Sequence record: NZ_CP145666.1
Source: a plasmid
Strand: one strand, 5' to 3'
Length of the DNA stretch: 64,000 nt
Made by a program: the position numbers and the translations under genes. Under the pieces are notes generated by a model. That model was not told the origin of the DNA. It did no database searches and saw only the letters and a program-made list of their open reading frames with translations. The stretch's first letter is position 1; every line of letters starts with the position of its first letter. Below are positions 39,772 to 51,005 of the stretch, in pieces.

Positions 39772-40176
39772 ATTAATTGCCGATAAACAGGAGAAATGCG
39801 AGCCAGCGCTAATAATTTGTCCGTTTTTTTCTGCTATCAGAAATGGGGCAAGGATGATTTTTTTCGCCATTGTGCCGCATTGAGGCGATTTTCTGCGTTA
39901 AAGAGGGGAGACGATAGCGGCTTTTTTGCCAAAATGATCCGATCGCGATCGCAATCCCATCGCTTTCTCAGTCACATTGTTTCAATGTGAAACGCATTAT
40001 TTTTTTATCTGTTTCAGAACAGAACAAAAAAGGGAAAAATTTTTTTCGCCGCGGCTCGCCCTACAGTGGATGCATCGCTCCGGCAGCGTGGCTGTAAGCG
40101 CCATTGATATCAGGCGCCGCGGCATGACGGCCTGGGCTCACGTGTCAACATACGCACTTATTTGAGGGTGAAAGGA

Positions 40177-41274
40177 ATGCTAAAAGTTATTCAATCTCCA
40201 GCCAAATATCTCCAGGGACCTGATGCCGCCATGCTGTTTGGCGAATACGCTAAAAACCTGGCCGACAGCTTTTTTGTTATCGCCGATGACTTCGTGATGA
40301 AGTTGGCGGGCGACAAAGTATTGAACGGCCTGCATAGCCACAATATTAGCTGCCATGCGGAACGGTTTAACGGCGAGTGCAGCCATGCGGAAATCAACCG
40401 CCTGATCGCCATTCTTAAGCAGCACGGCTGCCGCGGCGTGGTGGGTATCGGCGGCGGGAAAACCCTCGATACAGCGAAGGCGATCGGCTATTACCAGAAG
40501 CTGCCGGTGGTGGTGATCCCGACAATTGCCTCAACCGATGCGCCGACCAGCGCGCTGTCGGTTATCTACACCGAGGCGGGCGAGTTTGAAGAGTATCTGA
40601 TCTACCCGAAAAACCCGGATATGGTGGTGATGGACACGGCGATTATCGCCAAAGCGCCGGTACGCTTGCTGGTGGCCGGGATGGGCGATGCGCTCTCCAC
40701 CTGGTTTGAAGCCAAGGCCTGCTTCGATGCGCGAGCCACCAGCATGGCGGGCGGGCAGTCCACGGCGGCGGCCTTGAGCCTGGCGCGCCTGTGCTATGAT
40801 ACGCTGCTGGCGGAAGGCGAAAAAGCACGCCTGGCGGCTCAGGCTGGAGTGGTGACCGATGCGCTGGAGCGTATTGTCGAAGCCAACACCTATCTGAGCG
40901 GTATCGGTTTTGAGAGCAGCGGCCTGGCCGGCGCGCACGCGATTCACAACGGTTTCACCATCCTTGAAGAGTGCCACCATCTGTATCACGGCGAAAAAGT
41001 CGCTTTCGGCACCCTGGCGCAGCTGGTACTGCAAAATAGCCCGCTGGAAGAGATCGAAACCGTGATGGGCTTCTGTGAAAAAGTCGGCCTGCCGATCACC
41101 CTTGCCCAGATGGGCGTGAAAGAGGGTATCGAAAGCAAAATCCACGCGGTGGCGAAAGCCACCTGCGCGGAAGGCGAAACCATCCACAATATGCCGTTCC
41201 CGGTCACCGCGGATAGCGTCTACGCCGCCATCCTTACCGCGGACCTGCTTGGGCAGCAGTGGCTGGCGCGTTAA
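40177..41274 (+). CDS. gldA: glycerol dehydrogenase, paralog 1 (DhaD/GldA family)
   Basis: 365 aa iron-containing alcohol dehydrogenase family. About 93% identical to the copy at 42303-43400. Confidence 0.85.
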   Translation: MLKVIQSPAKYLQGPDAAMLFGEYAKNLADSFFVIADDFVMKLAGDKVLNGLHSHNISCHAERFNGECSHAEINRLIAILKQHGCRGVVGIGGGKTLDTAKAIGYYQKLPVVVIPTIASTDAPTSALSVIYTEAGEFEEYLIYPKNPDMVVMDTAIIAKAPVRLLVAGMGDALSTWFEAKACFDARATSMAGGQSTAAALSLARLCYDTLLAEGEKARLAAQAGVVTDALERIVEANTYLSGIGFESSGLAGAHAIHNGFTILEECHHLYHGEKVAFGTLAQLVLQNSPLEEIETVMGFCEKVGLPITLAQMGVKEGIESKIHAVAKATCAEGETIHNMPFPVTADSVYAAILTADLLGQQWLAR

Positions 41275-41320
41275 GTCTTTCACAAGGTTCTATGCCGCGG
41301 CGCATTGCGGCATCAACTCC

Positions 41321-41352
41321 TCCCTCCGGCAGCCGCTGCCGGAGGGTTTTGT
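41321..41352 (+). terminator. rho-independent terminator after the glycerol dehydrogenase paralog 1
   Basis: CCCTCCGGCAGCCGCTGCCGGAGGG followed by TTTTGTCGTTTT. Confidence 0.5.
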
Positions 41353-41387
41353 CGTTTTAACTGTGTTAACTCCAGCGGAAAAGGGAT

Positions 41388-41540
41388 ATGACAGCTCAGA
41401 CTCAGGGTGCGGAAAATGAAGTTTCAGCCGTTATCAGCCAGTCGTGGCATCGCTGCAGCAAATTTATGCAGCGTGAAACCTGGCAGGCGCCGCATCAGGC
41501 GCAGGGGCTGACCTTTGAATCGATCTGCCGTCGCAAATAA
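41388..41540 (+). pseudogene. dhaR 5' fragment (first 50 codons) ending at a recombination joint
   Basis: MTAQTQGAENEVSAVISQSWHRCSKFMQRETWQAPHQAQGLTFESICRRK* compared with the full DhaR N-terminus at 43490. Confidence 0.7.
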
Positions 41541-41742
41541 ACCCAACGTGCGCGGGTTCGTGTCCTGAACCGCCGCCGGAGATCACCGCCACGTTATTTT
41601 TGTTAAGGTCGCGGCGAACCACGATGCGAATGGCCGGATCGCTCTCCAGACGCGCCAGGTTATTCCACGGGCTGGTGATAATTGTACCGTCGATCACGTC
41701 GCTAACGAGATGGGGGCGTTGATTAAAAAAGAATTGAGACAT
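41538..41742 (-). pseudogene. 5' fragment (about 69 codons) of a second ATP-dependent dhaK allele
   Basis: MSQFFFNQRPHLVSDVIDG...[15 protein letters not shown], then loss of homology exactly where the dhaR' fragment ends. Confidence 0.7.
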
Positions 41743-41854
41743 AACGGCTCCTCGAGGTTGAGTGTAAGACAAACCCCCGAATGCATGTTCATGGTGCGGA
41801 GGCGATAGAGAGATTCTGGCGAAGTCAGCATGGAAAAAAACAACACGAAAATGA

Positions 41855-41900
41855 GTTTCATTACGAAACGTGATTGCTGTTTTTTGTTCCGAAATGAAAC
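41855..41900. promoter_or_regulatory. second copy of the paired palindromes (candidate DhaR sites) upstream of dhaD
   Basis: GTTTCATTACGAAAC and GTTCCGAAATGAAAC with the same spacing as at 39727-39771. Confidence 0.35.
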
Positions 41901-42302
41901 TTAATTAGGCGAGAAATCATCACAATGCGAACTCGCTCGACTTTTTCCTCCTGCGATCAGAGCAGGCCACACGGCGCAGTCAGTCTTTTTTGCGGGGCTT
42001 TACCCAGGATGGCGCGTAATTGGGGAAATTTATCATCGTGTTTGTCGGTAATTTCGCGGTAACGGAACGGATCGAGATCGCAAATCTCATTATTTTTGTG
42101 GTTAAGCGTTCCAATATGAAACGCATGTCATTTTTATCTGTTCCATATCAGAACAAAATGACGAAAGATTTTTTTGTACACGCCTCGCCATACAGTTATT
42201 ACATCGCTCCGGTACGTCCGCTTTCGCCGTCAACATCAGGCTAAACGGGTTAACGCCAGGGCTCACCATGTAAAAACATGTACTTATTTGAGGATGAAAG
42301 GA

Positions 42303-43400
42303 ATGCTAAAAGTTATTCAATCTCCAGCCAAATATCTCCAGGGTCCTGACGCTTCTACCTTATTTGGTCAATACGCTAAAAATCTGGCGGACAGCTTTTT
42401 CGTGATTGCGGACGACTTCGTCATGAAGCTGGCGGGAGAAAAGGTACTCAATGGCCTGCACAGCCATGACATTAGCTGCCACGCGGAACGCTTCAACGGT
42501 GAATGCAGCCATGTTGAAATTAATCGCCTGATTGCCATTCTGAAAAAACACGGTTGCCGCGGCGTGGTTGGGATTGGCGGTGGGAAAACGTTAGATACCG
42601 CCAAAGCAATTGGTTATTACCAGAAGCTGCCGGTAGTGGTGATCCCGACCATCGCCTCAACCGATGCGCCAACCAGCGCGCTGTCCGTTATCTATACCGA
42701 AGCGGGTGAGTTTGAAGAGTATCTGATCTACCCGAAAAACCCGGATATGGTGGTGATGGATACCGCAATTATTGCCAAAGCGCCGGTACGTCTGCTGGTG
42801 GCCGGGATGGGCGATGCGCTCTCGACCTGGTTTGAAGCGAAAGCCTGTTATGACGCTCGGGCGACCAGCATGGCGGGCGGGCAGTCCACCGTGGCGGCGC
42901 TGAGCCTGGCGCGCCTGTGCTATGATACCCTGCTGGCGGAAGGCGAAAAGGCACGCTTAGCCGCCCAGGCTGGCGTGGTGACCGATGCGCTGGAACGTAT
43001 TGTCGAAGCCAACACCTACCTCAGCGGTATCGGCTTTGAAAGCAGCGGCCTTGCGGGGGCACATGCCATCCATAACGGCTTTACGATTCTGGAAGAGTGC
43101 CACCATCTGTACCACGGTGAAAAAGTCGCCTTTGGTACGCTGGCGCAGCTGGTGCTGCAGAACAGCCCGATGGAAGAGATCGAAACCGTGCTGAATTTCT
43201 GTCAGAAAGTGGGCCTGCCGGTAACGTTAGCGGAAATGGGTGTGAAAGACGACATTGACGGCAAGATTATGGCCGTGGCTAAAGCCACCTGCGCAGAAGG
43301 TGAAACTATTCACAATATGCCGTTCCCGGTGACGCCTGAAAGCGTACATGCCGCTATTTTGACGGCAGACCTGCTGGGACAGCAGTGGCTGGCGCGTTAA
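42303..43400 (+). CDS. dhaD: glycerol dehydrogenase DhaD
   Basis: 365 aa, immediately upstream of dhaR as in the Klebsiella/Citrobacter dha regulon. Confidence 0.9.
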   Translation: MLKVIQSPAKYLQGPDASTLFGQYAKNLADSFFVIADDFVMKLAGEKVLNGLHSHDISCHAERFNGECSHVEINRLIAILKKHGCRGVVGIGGGKTLDTAKAIGYYQKLPVVVIPTIASTDAPTSALSVIYTEAGEFEEYLIYPKNPDMVVMDTAIIAKAPVRLLVAGMGDALSTWFEAKACYDARATSMAGGQSTVAALSLARLCYDTLLAEGEKARLAAQAGVVTDALERIVEANTYLSGIGFESSGLAGAHAIHNGFTILEECHHLYHGEKVAFGTLAQLVLQNSPMEEIETVLNFCQKVGLPVTLAEMGVKDDIDGKIMAVAKATCAEGETIHNMPFPVTPESVHAAILTADLLGQQWLAR

Positions 43401-43489
43401 TCGGGCACAGGTAAATTTACCCAGCATCTTCTCCCCCTCTGACAGTCTCTGCCGGAGGGGTTGTCTATGGCAAAACAGCGGAAAGGGAT

Positions 43490-45415
43490 ATGACGGCGCA
43501 CACGCATAGCATCGGGCAGGAAGTCTCTTCGGTTCTCGCCCAGTCCTGGCATCGTTGCAGCAAGTTTATGCAGCGGGAAACCTGGCAGGCGCCGCATCAG
43601 GCGCAAGGGCTGACCTTTGAGTCGATTTGTCGTCGCAAGACGGCGCTGCTGACGATTGCGCAGGCCGCGCTGGAAGATGCCTGGGAGTTTATGGACGGTC
43701 GTCCGTGCGCACTGCTGATTCTGGATGAATCAGCCTGTATTCTCAGCCGTTGCGGCGATCCGCAGACGATAGAACAGCTGGCGGAGCTTGGATTTCGCGA
43801 CGGCAGCTATTGCGCGGAAAGCATTATCGGCAGTTGTGCGCTGTCGCTGGCGACGATGCCGGGGCAGCCGACAAAAACCTCTGGCGCTCAGCACTTTAAA
43901 CAGGCGTTGCATCCGTGGTCGTTCTGCTCGACGCCGGTGTTCGATAACCATGGGCATCTGTTTGGCTCCATCTCATTGTGCTGTCTGGTAGAACATGAGT
44001 CCGTTTCTGATTTATCCCTGACGCTGGCGATTGCCAGAGAAGTCGGCAATTCATTGCTGACCGACAGCCTGCTGGCAGAATCCAACCGCCATCTGAACCA
44101 GATGTACGGGCTGCTGGAGAGCATGGATGATGGCGTGATGGCCTGGAATGAGCAGGGGGTGTTGCAGTTCCTCAATGCGCGCGCGGCGCTGCTTTTGCAT
44201 CTCGACGCGCAGGCCAGCCAGGGCAAAAACATTCACGACCTGCTCAATATGCCCATGCTGCTGCGTCGGGCAATTAAACATGCCCGCGGTCTGAATCACG
44301 TCGAAGTCACTTTTGAAAGCCAGCACCAGTTTGTTGATGCTGTTATCACCCTGAAGCCGATTGTTGAGGAGCAGGGCAACAGCTTTATCCTGCTGCTGCA
44401 CCCGGTGGAGCAAATGCGTCAGCTGATGACCAGCCAGCTTGGTAAGGTGAGCCACACCTTTGAGCAGATGTCGACGGACGATCCGGAAACCCGACGCTTG
44501 ATCCATTTTGGTCGCCAGGCGGCAAGGGGGAGTTTCCCGATCCTGCTGTGTGGGGAAGAGGGCGTAGGGAAAGAGCTGCTGAGCCAGGCCATTCACAATG
44601 AAAGCGAACGCGCCAGCGGACCGTATATTGCCGTGAACTGTCAGCTGTATGCCAACAGCGTGCTGGGGCAGGATTTTATGGGCAGTGCGCCTACCGATGA
44701 TGAAAATGGTCGGTTGAGCCGCCTTGAGCTGGCGAACGGCGGCACGCTGTTTCTGGAGAAAATTGAATATCTGGCACCGGAGCTGCAATCCGCGCTGTTA
44801 CAGGTGATTAAGCAGGGAGTATTAACCCGTCTTGATGCCCGTCGGCTGATTCCGGTGGATGTGAAAGTGATCGCCACCACTACGGTTGATCTCGCTAATC
44901 TGGTGGAGCAAAACCGCTTTAGCCGCCAACTGTATTACGCGCTGCACTCTTTTGAGATTGTTATCCCGCCGCTACGGGCGCGGCGTAACAGTATTCCCTC
45001 GCTGATTTATACGCGACTGAATAGCCTGAAAAAACGCTTCTCATCCAGCCTGAAGATCGACGACGACGCGCTGGCACAACTGGTGGCTTATTCGTGGCCG
45101 GGCAATGATTTCGAGCTGAACAGCATTATCGAAAACATCGCTATCAGTAGCGATAACGGGCATATCCGGCTGAGTAATTTACCTGATTATCTGTTTGCCG
45201 AGCGTCCCGGTCTGGAGACCGCGTCTTCCCTGCTGCCAGCCAGCCTGACGTTTACCGCTATCGAAAAAGAGGCGATTATCCATGCCGCCCGTGTCACCAG
45301 TGGGCGAGTACAGGAGATGTCGCAACTGCTGAATATTGGTCGCACCACCTTGTGGCGTAAGATGAAGCAGTACGACATCGACGCCAGCCAGTTTAAGCGC
45401 AAACATCTGGAGTAG
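43490..45415 (+). CDS. dhaR: dha regulon transcriptional activator DhaR (GAF-PAS-AAA+-HTH)
   Basis: 641 aa with an AAA+ core (GEEGVGKE Walker A-like) and a C-terminal HTH. Confidence 0.9.
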   Translation: MTAHTHSIGQEVSSVLAQSWHRCSKFMQRETWQAPHQAQGLTFESICRRKTALLTIAQAALEDAWEFMDGRPCALLILDESACILSRCGDPQTIEQLAELGFRDGSYCAESIIGSCALSLATMPGQPTKTSGAQHFKQALHPWSFCSTPVFDNHGHLFGSISLCCLVEHESVSDLSLTLAIAREVGNSLLTDSLLAESNRHLNQMYGLLESMDDGVMAWNEQGVLQFLNARAALLLHLDAQASQGKNIHDLLNMPMLLRRAIKHARGLNHVEVTFESQHQFVDAVITLKPIVEEQGNSFILLLHPVEQMRQLMTSQLGKVSHTFEQMSTDDPETRRLIHFGRQAARGSFPILLCGEEGVGKELLSQAIHNESERASGPYIAVNCQLYANSVLGQDFMGSAPTDDENGRLSRLELANGGTLFLEKIEYLAPELQSALLQVIKQGVLTRLDARRLIPVDVKVIATTTVDLANLVEQNRFSRQLYYALHSFEIVIPPLRARRNSIPSLIYTRLNSLKKRFSSSLKIDDDALAQLVAYSWPGNDFELNSIIENIAISSDNGHIRLSNLPDYLFAERPGLETASSLLPASLTFTAIEKEAIIHAARVTSGRVQEMSQLLNIGRTTLWRKMKQYDIDASQFKRKHLE

Positions 45416-45923
45416 TTTCTTCGATTCTGGCCATGGAGAACAGCGCATCCGACAGCCGGTTGATATAACGCCTGGGTTCATCGCGTAACGTCAGCTTTTT
45501 GTCCATCGCGATGAGGATCCGCTCCAGCCGCCGTGCCAGGGTGCGCGCCACGTGTAGTTGTGCCGATGCCAGATTTTTCCCCGGAATGACAAATTCTTTC
45601 AGGGGGCCGCTCTGCGCCATATTGCGATCAATAAGTTGCTCCAGCGCCTGAATATCCTCGGCGTTAATCGTCTGCGTTAAGCGGGCGAGACCTTTCTCAT
45701 CGCTGGCGAGTTCCGCCCCCAGCACAAACAGCATCTTCTGGATGGCATGCAGATCCTGGCGTAATTCTGCCTGGCGCGAGCTGGCATAGCAGACGCCAAG
45801 CTGGGAAATCAGTTCATCCACCGTACCATAGGCGTTAACGCGGATGTCGTCTTTGTCGATACGGCTGCCGCCAAACAGCGCGGTCGTGCCTTTATCACCG
45901 GTTCGGGTATAGATGCGATACAT
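45393..45923 (-). CDS. PduO-type ATP:cob(I)alamin adenosyltransferase (dha orfW)
   Basis: MYRIYTRTGDKGTTALFGG... is the PduO N-terminal domain signature. Confidence 0.8.
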   Translation of the reverse strand: MYRIYTRTGDKGTTALFGGSRIDKDDIRVNAYGTVDELISQLGVCYASSRQAELRQDLHAIQKMLFVLGAELASDEKGLARLTQTINAEDIQALEQLIDRNMAQSGPLKEFVIPGKNLASAQLHVARTLARRLERILIAMDKKLTLRDEPRRYINRLSDALFSMARIEETTPDVCA

Positions 45924-46277
45924 TTATTTTATCTCGCTGAAGGGAAGCACTTTGACCAGTTGGCCCGCATTGGCGCCGAGCGTGCGGATGCTGGCTATCC
46001 CAGCGGCGATATGCCCGCAGACCAGCGCCCGATCCTCGGGTAGCTGGGCGTGGGTTAGGGCAATATCACCACTGGCGCTGAGGCCGAGACCCACGCGTAG
46101 CGTTGAGCTTTTAGCCGCCAGCTTGCTGAGGGCCAGCGCGCAGTCATGCTCGTCGCAACAGATTGTCCGGCAAGGGACGCCTTGCTCTTCCAGCCCCCAG
46201 CATAGTTCATCAAGCACGCGCGTATCCTGCCAGCGTGAGTGATAAAACAGATGTACGCCCGGTGATGAAAGTGACAT
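45924..46277 (-). CDS. dhaG: glycerol dehydratase reactivase small (beta) subunit (DhaG/GdrB, orfX)
   Basis: 117 aa. Position and size match the dha regulon orfX. Confidence 0.75.
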   Translation of the reverse strand: MSLSSPGVHLFYHSRWQDTRVLDELCWGLEEQGVPCRTICCDEHDCALALSKLAAKSSTLRVGLGLSASGDIALTHAQLPEDRALVCGHIAAGIASIRTLGANAGQLVKVLPFSEIK

Positions 46278-46293
46278 TGCGCCCCCTTATTGA

Positions 46294-47457
46294 TCAGAAT
46301 GCCTGACGGAAGATCCCGGCAATTTCTTTCTCGTTACCTTTACGCGGGTTGGAGAAGGCATTGCCGTCTTTCAGCGCCATTTCCGCCATATACGGGAAAT
46401 CGGCTTCTTTGACGCCCAGCTCGCGCAGATGCTGCGGAATACCGATATCGGCTGACAGGCGAGCGATGGCGCGAATCGCCAGCTCGGCAGCATCCATGGT
46501 GGACAGACCGTCAGTGTTCTCACCCATAAACTCCGCGATGTCGGCAAATTTCTCCGGATTAGCGATCAGGTTATAGCGCGCCACGTGCGGCAGCAGGACG
46601 GCATTTGCTACGCCGTGCGGCATGTCGTACAGACCGCCAAGCTGATGCGCCATCGCGTGAACGTAGCCAAGGTTGGCGTTGTTGAAGGCCATACCCGCCA
46701 GCAAAGAGGCATAGGCCATATTCTCGCGAGCTTTCAGGTTGCTGCCCAGTGCTACGGCCTGGCGTAAGTTGCGGGCGATCAGACGAATTGCCTGGATAGC
46801 GGCGGCGTCGGTAACCGGGTTGGCATCTTTTGAAATATAGGCCTCAACGGCGTGGGTCAGGGCGTCCATTCCTGTTGCCGCAGTCAGTGGCGCAGGTTTG
46901 CCGAGCATCAGCAGTGGGTCATTAATGGAAACCGACGGCAGGTTGCGCCAACTGACAATCACAAACTTCACTTTGGTTTTGGTATTGGTCAGCACGCAGT
47001 GACGGGTGACTTCGCTGGCGGTACCGGCGGTGGTATTCACCGCGACGATCGGCGGCAGCGGATTGGTCAGGGTTTCAATCCCGGCATAGCTATAGAGATC
47101 GCCTTCGTGCGTCGCCGCGATACCGATGCCTTTACCGCAGTCATGCGGGCTACCACCGCCGACGGTAACGATGATATCGCATTGCTCTTTACGAAAAACG
47201 TCCAGGCCGTCGCGCACGTTGGTGTCTTTAGGGTTTGGCTCGACGCCGTCAAACACCACCACGTCAATACCGGCTTCACGCAGATGTTCGAGGGTTTTAT
47301 CAACCGCGCCGTCCTTAATGGCTCGCAGACCTTTATCAGTCACCAGCAGCGCTTTTTTACCGCCCAACAGTTTGCAGCGTTCGCCCACGACGGAAATAGC
47401 ATTCGGGCCAAAAAAGTTCACATTTGGCACCAGGTAATCAAACATACGATAGCTCAT
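46294..47457 (-). CDS. dhaT: 1,3-propanediol dehydrogenase (NADH-dependent, Fe-ADH family)
   Basis: 387 aa. GGGSPHD motif and regulon context. Confidence 0.9.
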   Translation of the reverse strand: MSYRMFDYLVPNVNFFGPNAISVVGERCKLLGGKKALLVTDKGLRAIKDGAVDKTLEHLREAGIDVVVFDGVEPNPKDTNVRDGLDVFRKEQCDIIVTVGGGSPHDCGKGIGIAATHEGDLYSYAGIETLTNPLPPIVAVNTTAGTASEVTRHCVLTNTKTKVKFVIVSWRNLPSVSINDPLLMLGKPAPLTAATGMDALTHAVEAYISKDANPVTDAAAIQAIRLIARNLRQAVALGSNLKARENMAYASLLAGMAFNNANLGYVHAMAHQLGGLYDMPHGVANAVLLPHVARYNLIANPEKFADIAEFMGENTDGLSTMDAAELAIRAIARLSADIGIPQHLRELGVKEADFPYMAEMALKDGNAFSNPRKGNEKEIAGIFRQAF

Positions 47458-47479
47458 AATTTACCTTCTTAGATTTAAA

Positions 47480-47908
47480 TTATAATTCAGAGAAACAATT
47501 CAGTGCGGTTTGCGCTAATAACATGTCTTGTTCGACAGTACCGCCACTTACGCCGACAGCACCGATTAATTTATCGTTTAACATGACAGGTAAGCCGCCA
47601 CCAAAAATAACGATCCGCTGTTGATTCGTTAGCTGTAAACCATATAGTGACGCACCCGGTTGTACCGCGTCGGTAATTTCATGGGTCCCCTGCCGCAGAC
47701 AGCAGGCGGTATACGCTTTATTAAGAGAAATATCACAGCTGGTGACGAACGCGTCGTCCATGCGTTGCATCAGCAGCGTGTTGCCGCCGCGATCCACCAC
47801 GGAAAAGACCACCGGCACGTTGATCTCAAGCGCTTTAGCCTCGACGGCCTGCGCCATTTTTTTCGCCGCCGCCAGCGTAATGGTGGCGATTGGTTGGCTC
47901 TTATTCAC
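47480..47908 (-). CDS. GlcG/HbpS-like (DUF336) protein, dha orfY
   Basis: 142 aa. Conserved position between dhaT and dhaB. Confidence 0.7.
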   Translation of the reverse strand: MNKSQPIATITLAAAKKMAQAVEAKALEINVPVVFSVVDRGGNTLLMQRMDDAFVTSCDISLNKAYTACCLRQGTHEITDAVQPGASLYGLQLTNQQRIVIFGGGLPVMLNDKLIGAVGVSGGTVEQDMLLAQTALNCFSEL

Positions 47909-48300
47909 AGTCTCTCCTGAAAATGTTGTAGGGCTGATGTCACGAAAATATCGCGATACAGCTATTTTTTATCATTGGGTTTGGCTTTATTTTCTCGCCG
48001 CGCGTTATTAAGTCAATAGGGTGAAAATTTAAAAAGTATTAATTTAATTTTGTGTATTAGTGTTTATTGATAATGATCATTTAACTTCGTCACAATTCGC
48101 TACGAATATTCCTGAGAACCGTTTCAATATGGAACGATGAATTTTTATTACGTGCCAAATTGGAACGAAATTAATTTTATTTTTTTATTGCTGTGCTCAT
48201 TTAGAGTTCGGCCATTGCTGATGAAAGGCGAATGCCGGGAGGTGTGTCCCCGGCAATACGGCCCGGCGTCCCTATTTTTTATCTTTTGAGTCCATAAACT

Positions 48301-49968
48301 ATGAGAAGATCAAAACGATTCGAAGTGCTTGCGAAGCGCCCTGTAAATCAGGATGGGCTGATTGGCGAATGGCCTGAAGAGGGACTGATCGCCATGGAAA
48401 GCCCCTACGATCCGGCTTCGTCGGTGAAGGTAGAGAATGGTCGTATTGTTGAGCTGGACGGCAAGAGCCGCGCCGAGTTCGACATGATTGACCGTTTTAT
48501 TGCCGACTACGCGATTAACGTGGCTGAAACTGAACGGGCAATGCGGCTCGACGCGCTGGAGATCGCCAGAATGCTGGTGGATATCCACGTCAGCCGGGAA
48601 GAGATTGTTGCTATTACCACCGCTATCACCCCGGCGAAAGCGGTGGAGGTGATGGCGCAAATGAACGTGGTGGAAATGATGATGGCGCTGCAAAAAATGC
48701 GCGCCAGACGCACGCCGTCCAACCAGTGCCATGTCACCAACCTGAAAGACAACCCGGTACAGATTGCCGCCGATGCGGCTGAAGCGGGGATCCGTGGTTT
48801 TTCAGAACAGGAAACGACGGTCGGGATCGCCCGCTATGCGCCGTTTAACGCCCTGGCGCTGCTGGTCGGTTCCCAGTGCGGTCGCCCCGGCGTGCTGACG
48901 CAATGTTCCGTTGAGGAGGCGACTGAGCTGGAGCTGGGGATGCGCGGGTTAACCAGCTACGCCGAAACCGTGTCGGTATACGGTACAGAGTCTGTGTTTA
49001 CCGACGGCGATGATACGCCGTGGTCCAAAGCGTTTCTCGCCTCGGCCTATGCGTCTCGCGGACTGAAAATGCGTTACACCTCTGGCACCGGTTCGGAAGC
49101 GCTGATGGGCTATTCCGAGAGTAAATCGATGCTCTATCTGGAGTCGCGCTGCATCTTTATCACCAAAGGCGCGGGCGTACAGGGGCTGCAAAACGGTGCG
49201 GTCAGCTGTATTGGCATGACCGGCGCGGTGCCGTCGGGGATCCGCGCGGTGCTGGCGGAAAACCTGATTGCCTCAATGCTCGACCTTGAAGTGGCCTCCG
49301 CCAATGACCAGACCTTTTCCCACTCTGATATTCGCCGTACCGCCCGTACCCTGATGCAAATGCTTCCCGGCACCGACTTTATCTTCTCCGGCTATAGCGC
49401 CGTACCGAACTACGACAACATGTTTGCCGGGTCGAACTTCGACGCGGAAGACTTCGATGATTACAACATTCTGCAACGCGATCTGATGGTTGATGGTGGT
49501 CTGCGTCCTGTAACCGAAGAAGAAACCATCGCCATCCGCAACAAGGCGGCACGCGCCATTCAGGCAGTGTTCCGCGAACTGGGCCTGCCGCTGATTAGCG
49601 ATGAAGAAGTCGAAGCTGCTACTTATGCTCACGGCAGCAAAGATATGCCCGCGCGCAATGTGGTGGAAGATCTGGCCGCCGTGGAAGAGATGATGAAGCG
49701 CAATATCACCGGGCTGGATATCGTCGGCGCACTAAGCCGTAGCGGTTTCGAAGATATCGCCAGTAACATCCTCAATATGCTGAGACAGCGTGTTACCGGT
49801 GATTACCTGCAAACGTCGGCTATTCTGGATCGCCAGTTCGACGTCGTCAGCGCCGTCAACGACATCAATGATTATCAGGGACCTGGTACCGGCTATCGCA
49901 TCAGTGCCGAACGCTGGGCGGAAATTAAAAATATTGCGGGCGTGGTTCAGCCCGGCTCGATCGAATAA
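48301..49968 (+). CDS. dhaB1: B12-dependent glycerol dehydratase large subunit
   Basis: 555 aa, near-identical to known Klebsiella/Citrobacter DhaB large subunits. Confidence 0.95.
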   Translation: MRRSKRFEVLAKRPVNQDGLIGEWPEEGLIAMESPYDPASSVKVENGRIVELDGKSRAEFDMIDRFIADYAINVAETERAMRLDALEIARMLVDIHVSREEIVAITTAITPAKAVEVMAQMNVVEMMMALQKMRARRTPSNQCHVTNLKDNPVQIAADAAEAGIRGFSEQETTVGIARYAPFNALALLVGSQCGRPGVLTQCSVEEATELELGMRGLTSYAETVSVYGTESVFTDGDDTPWSKAFLASAYASRGLKMRYTSGTGSEALMGYSESKSMLYLESRCIFITKGAGVQGLQNGAVSCIGMTGAVPSGIRAVLAENLIASMLDLEVASANDQTFSHSDIRRTARTLMQMLPGTDFIFSGYSAVPNYDNMFAGSNFDAEDFDDYNILQRDLMVDGGLRPVTEEETIAIRNKAARAIQAVFRELGLPLISDEEVEAATYAHGSKDMPARNVVEDLAAVEEMMKRNITGLDIVGALSRSGFEDIASNILNMLRQRVTGDYLQTSAILDRQFDVVSAVNDINDYQGPGTGYRISAERWAEIKNIAGVVQPGSIE

Positions 49969-49979
49969 GGCGGTACACA

Positions 49980-50564
49980 GTGGAATGCACAACTGAACGT
50001 AAGCCGGTTTTCATCTTACAGGTGAGCGAAGGCGAGGCGGCTAAAGCGGACGAACGCGTGGATGAAGTCGTGATAGGCGTCGGCCCGGCCTTTGATAAGT
50101 ATCAGCATAAAACCTTGATTGATATGCCGCACAACGCGATTTTGAAAGAGCTGGTTGCTGGCATCGAAGAAGAGGGGCTGCATGCGCGAGTAGTGAGGAT
50201 CCTGCGCACCTCAGATGTTTCTTTTATGGCATGGGATGCGGCAAATCTCAGCGGCTCAGGCATTGGGATTGGTATCCAGTCGAAAGGAACCACGGTGATT
50301 CATCAGCGCGATCTGCTGCCGCTAAGTAACCTGGAACTGTTTTCTCAGGCTCCGCTGCTGACGCTGGAAACCTATCGTCAGATTGGTAAAAACGCCGCAC
50401 GCTATGCACGCAAAGAGTCGCCTTCGCCGGTGCCAGTGGTCAATGACCAGATGGTGCGCCCTAAATTTATGGCCAAGGCCGCGCTGTTTCACATCAAAGA
50501 AACCAAACACGTGGTGCAGGATGCTGCGCCTGTCACGTTGCATATTGCACTGGTAAGGGAATGA
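49980..50564 (+). CDS. dhaB2: glycerol dehydratase medium subunit
   Basis: 194 aa with a GTG start. Matches the DhaB medium subunit. Confidence 0.9.
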   Translation: MECTTERKPVFILQVSEGEAAKADERVDEVVIGVGPAFDKYQHKTLIDMPHNAILKELVAGIEEEGLHARVVRILRTSDVSFMAWDAANLSGSGIGIGIQSKGTTVIHQRDLLPLSNLELFSQAPLLTLETYRQIGKNAARYARKESPSPVPVVNDQMVRPKFMAKAALFHIKETKHVVQDAAPVTLHIALVRE

Positions 50565-50995
50565 CCATGAACGACAACATCATGACCGCGCAGGATTACC
50601 CATTAGCCACCCGCTGCCCGGAGAAAATCCGGACGCCTGGCGGCAAGCCGCTAACCGACATTACCCTTGAGAATGTGCTGGCGGGCCGCGTAGGGCCGCA
50701 GGATGTGCGTATTTCTCAGCAAACGCTGGAGTACCAGGCGCAGATTGCCGAGCAGATGCAGCGTCATGCCGTGGCGCGCAATTTTCGTCGTGCGGCAGAA
50801 CTGATTGCGATCCCGGATGCCCGCATTCTGGAGATCTACAACGCACTGAGGCCGTTTCGTTCTTCGTTCGCCGAGTTGCAGGCCATTGCCGATGAACTGG
50901 AACACACCTGGCACGCCACGGTGAACGCCGGGTTTGTCCGCGAGTCGGCAGAGGTATACCAGCAGAGAAATAAGCTGCGTAAAGGCAGTCAGTGA
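50561..50995 (+). CDS. dhaB3: glycerol dehydratase small subunit
   Basis: ATGA overlap with dhaB2. [11 protein letters not shown] matches DhaB3. Confidence 0.9.
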   Translation: MTMNDNIMTAQDYPLATRCPEKIRTPGGKPLTDITLENVLAGRVGPQDVRISQQTLEYQAQIAEQMQRHAVARNFRRAAELIAIPDARILEIYNALRPFRSSFAELQAIADELEHTWHATVNAGFVRESAEVYQQRNKLRKGSQ

Positions 50996-51005
50996 CGGAG
51001 GCAGC

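Noticed and set aside
40531-41283. 250-aa minus-strand ORF inside the glycerol dehydrogenase paralog 1
   Set aside because: Antisense to a well-supported gene. Arg/Gly-rich low-complexity translation.
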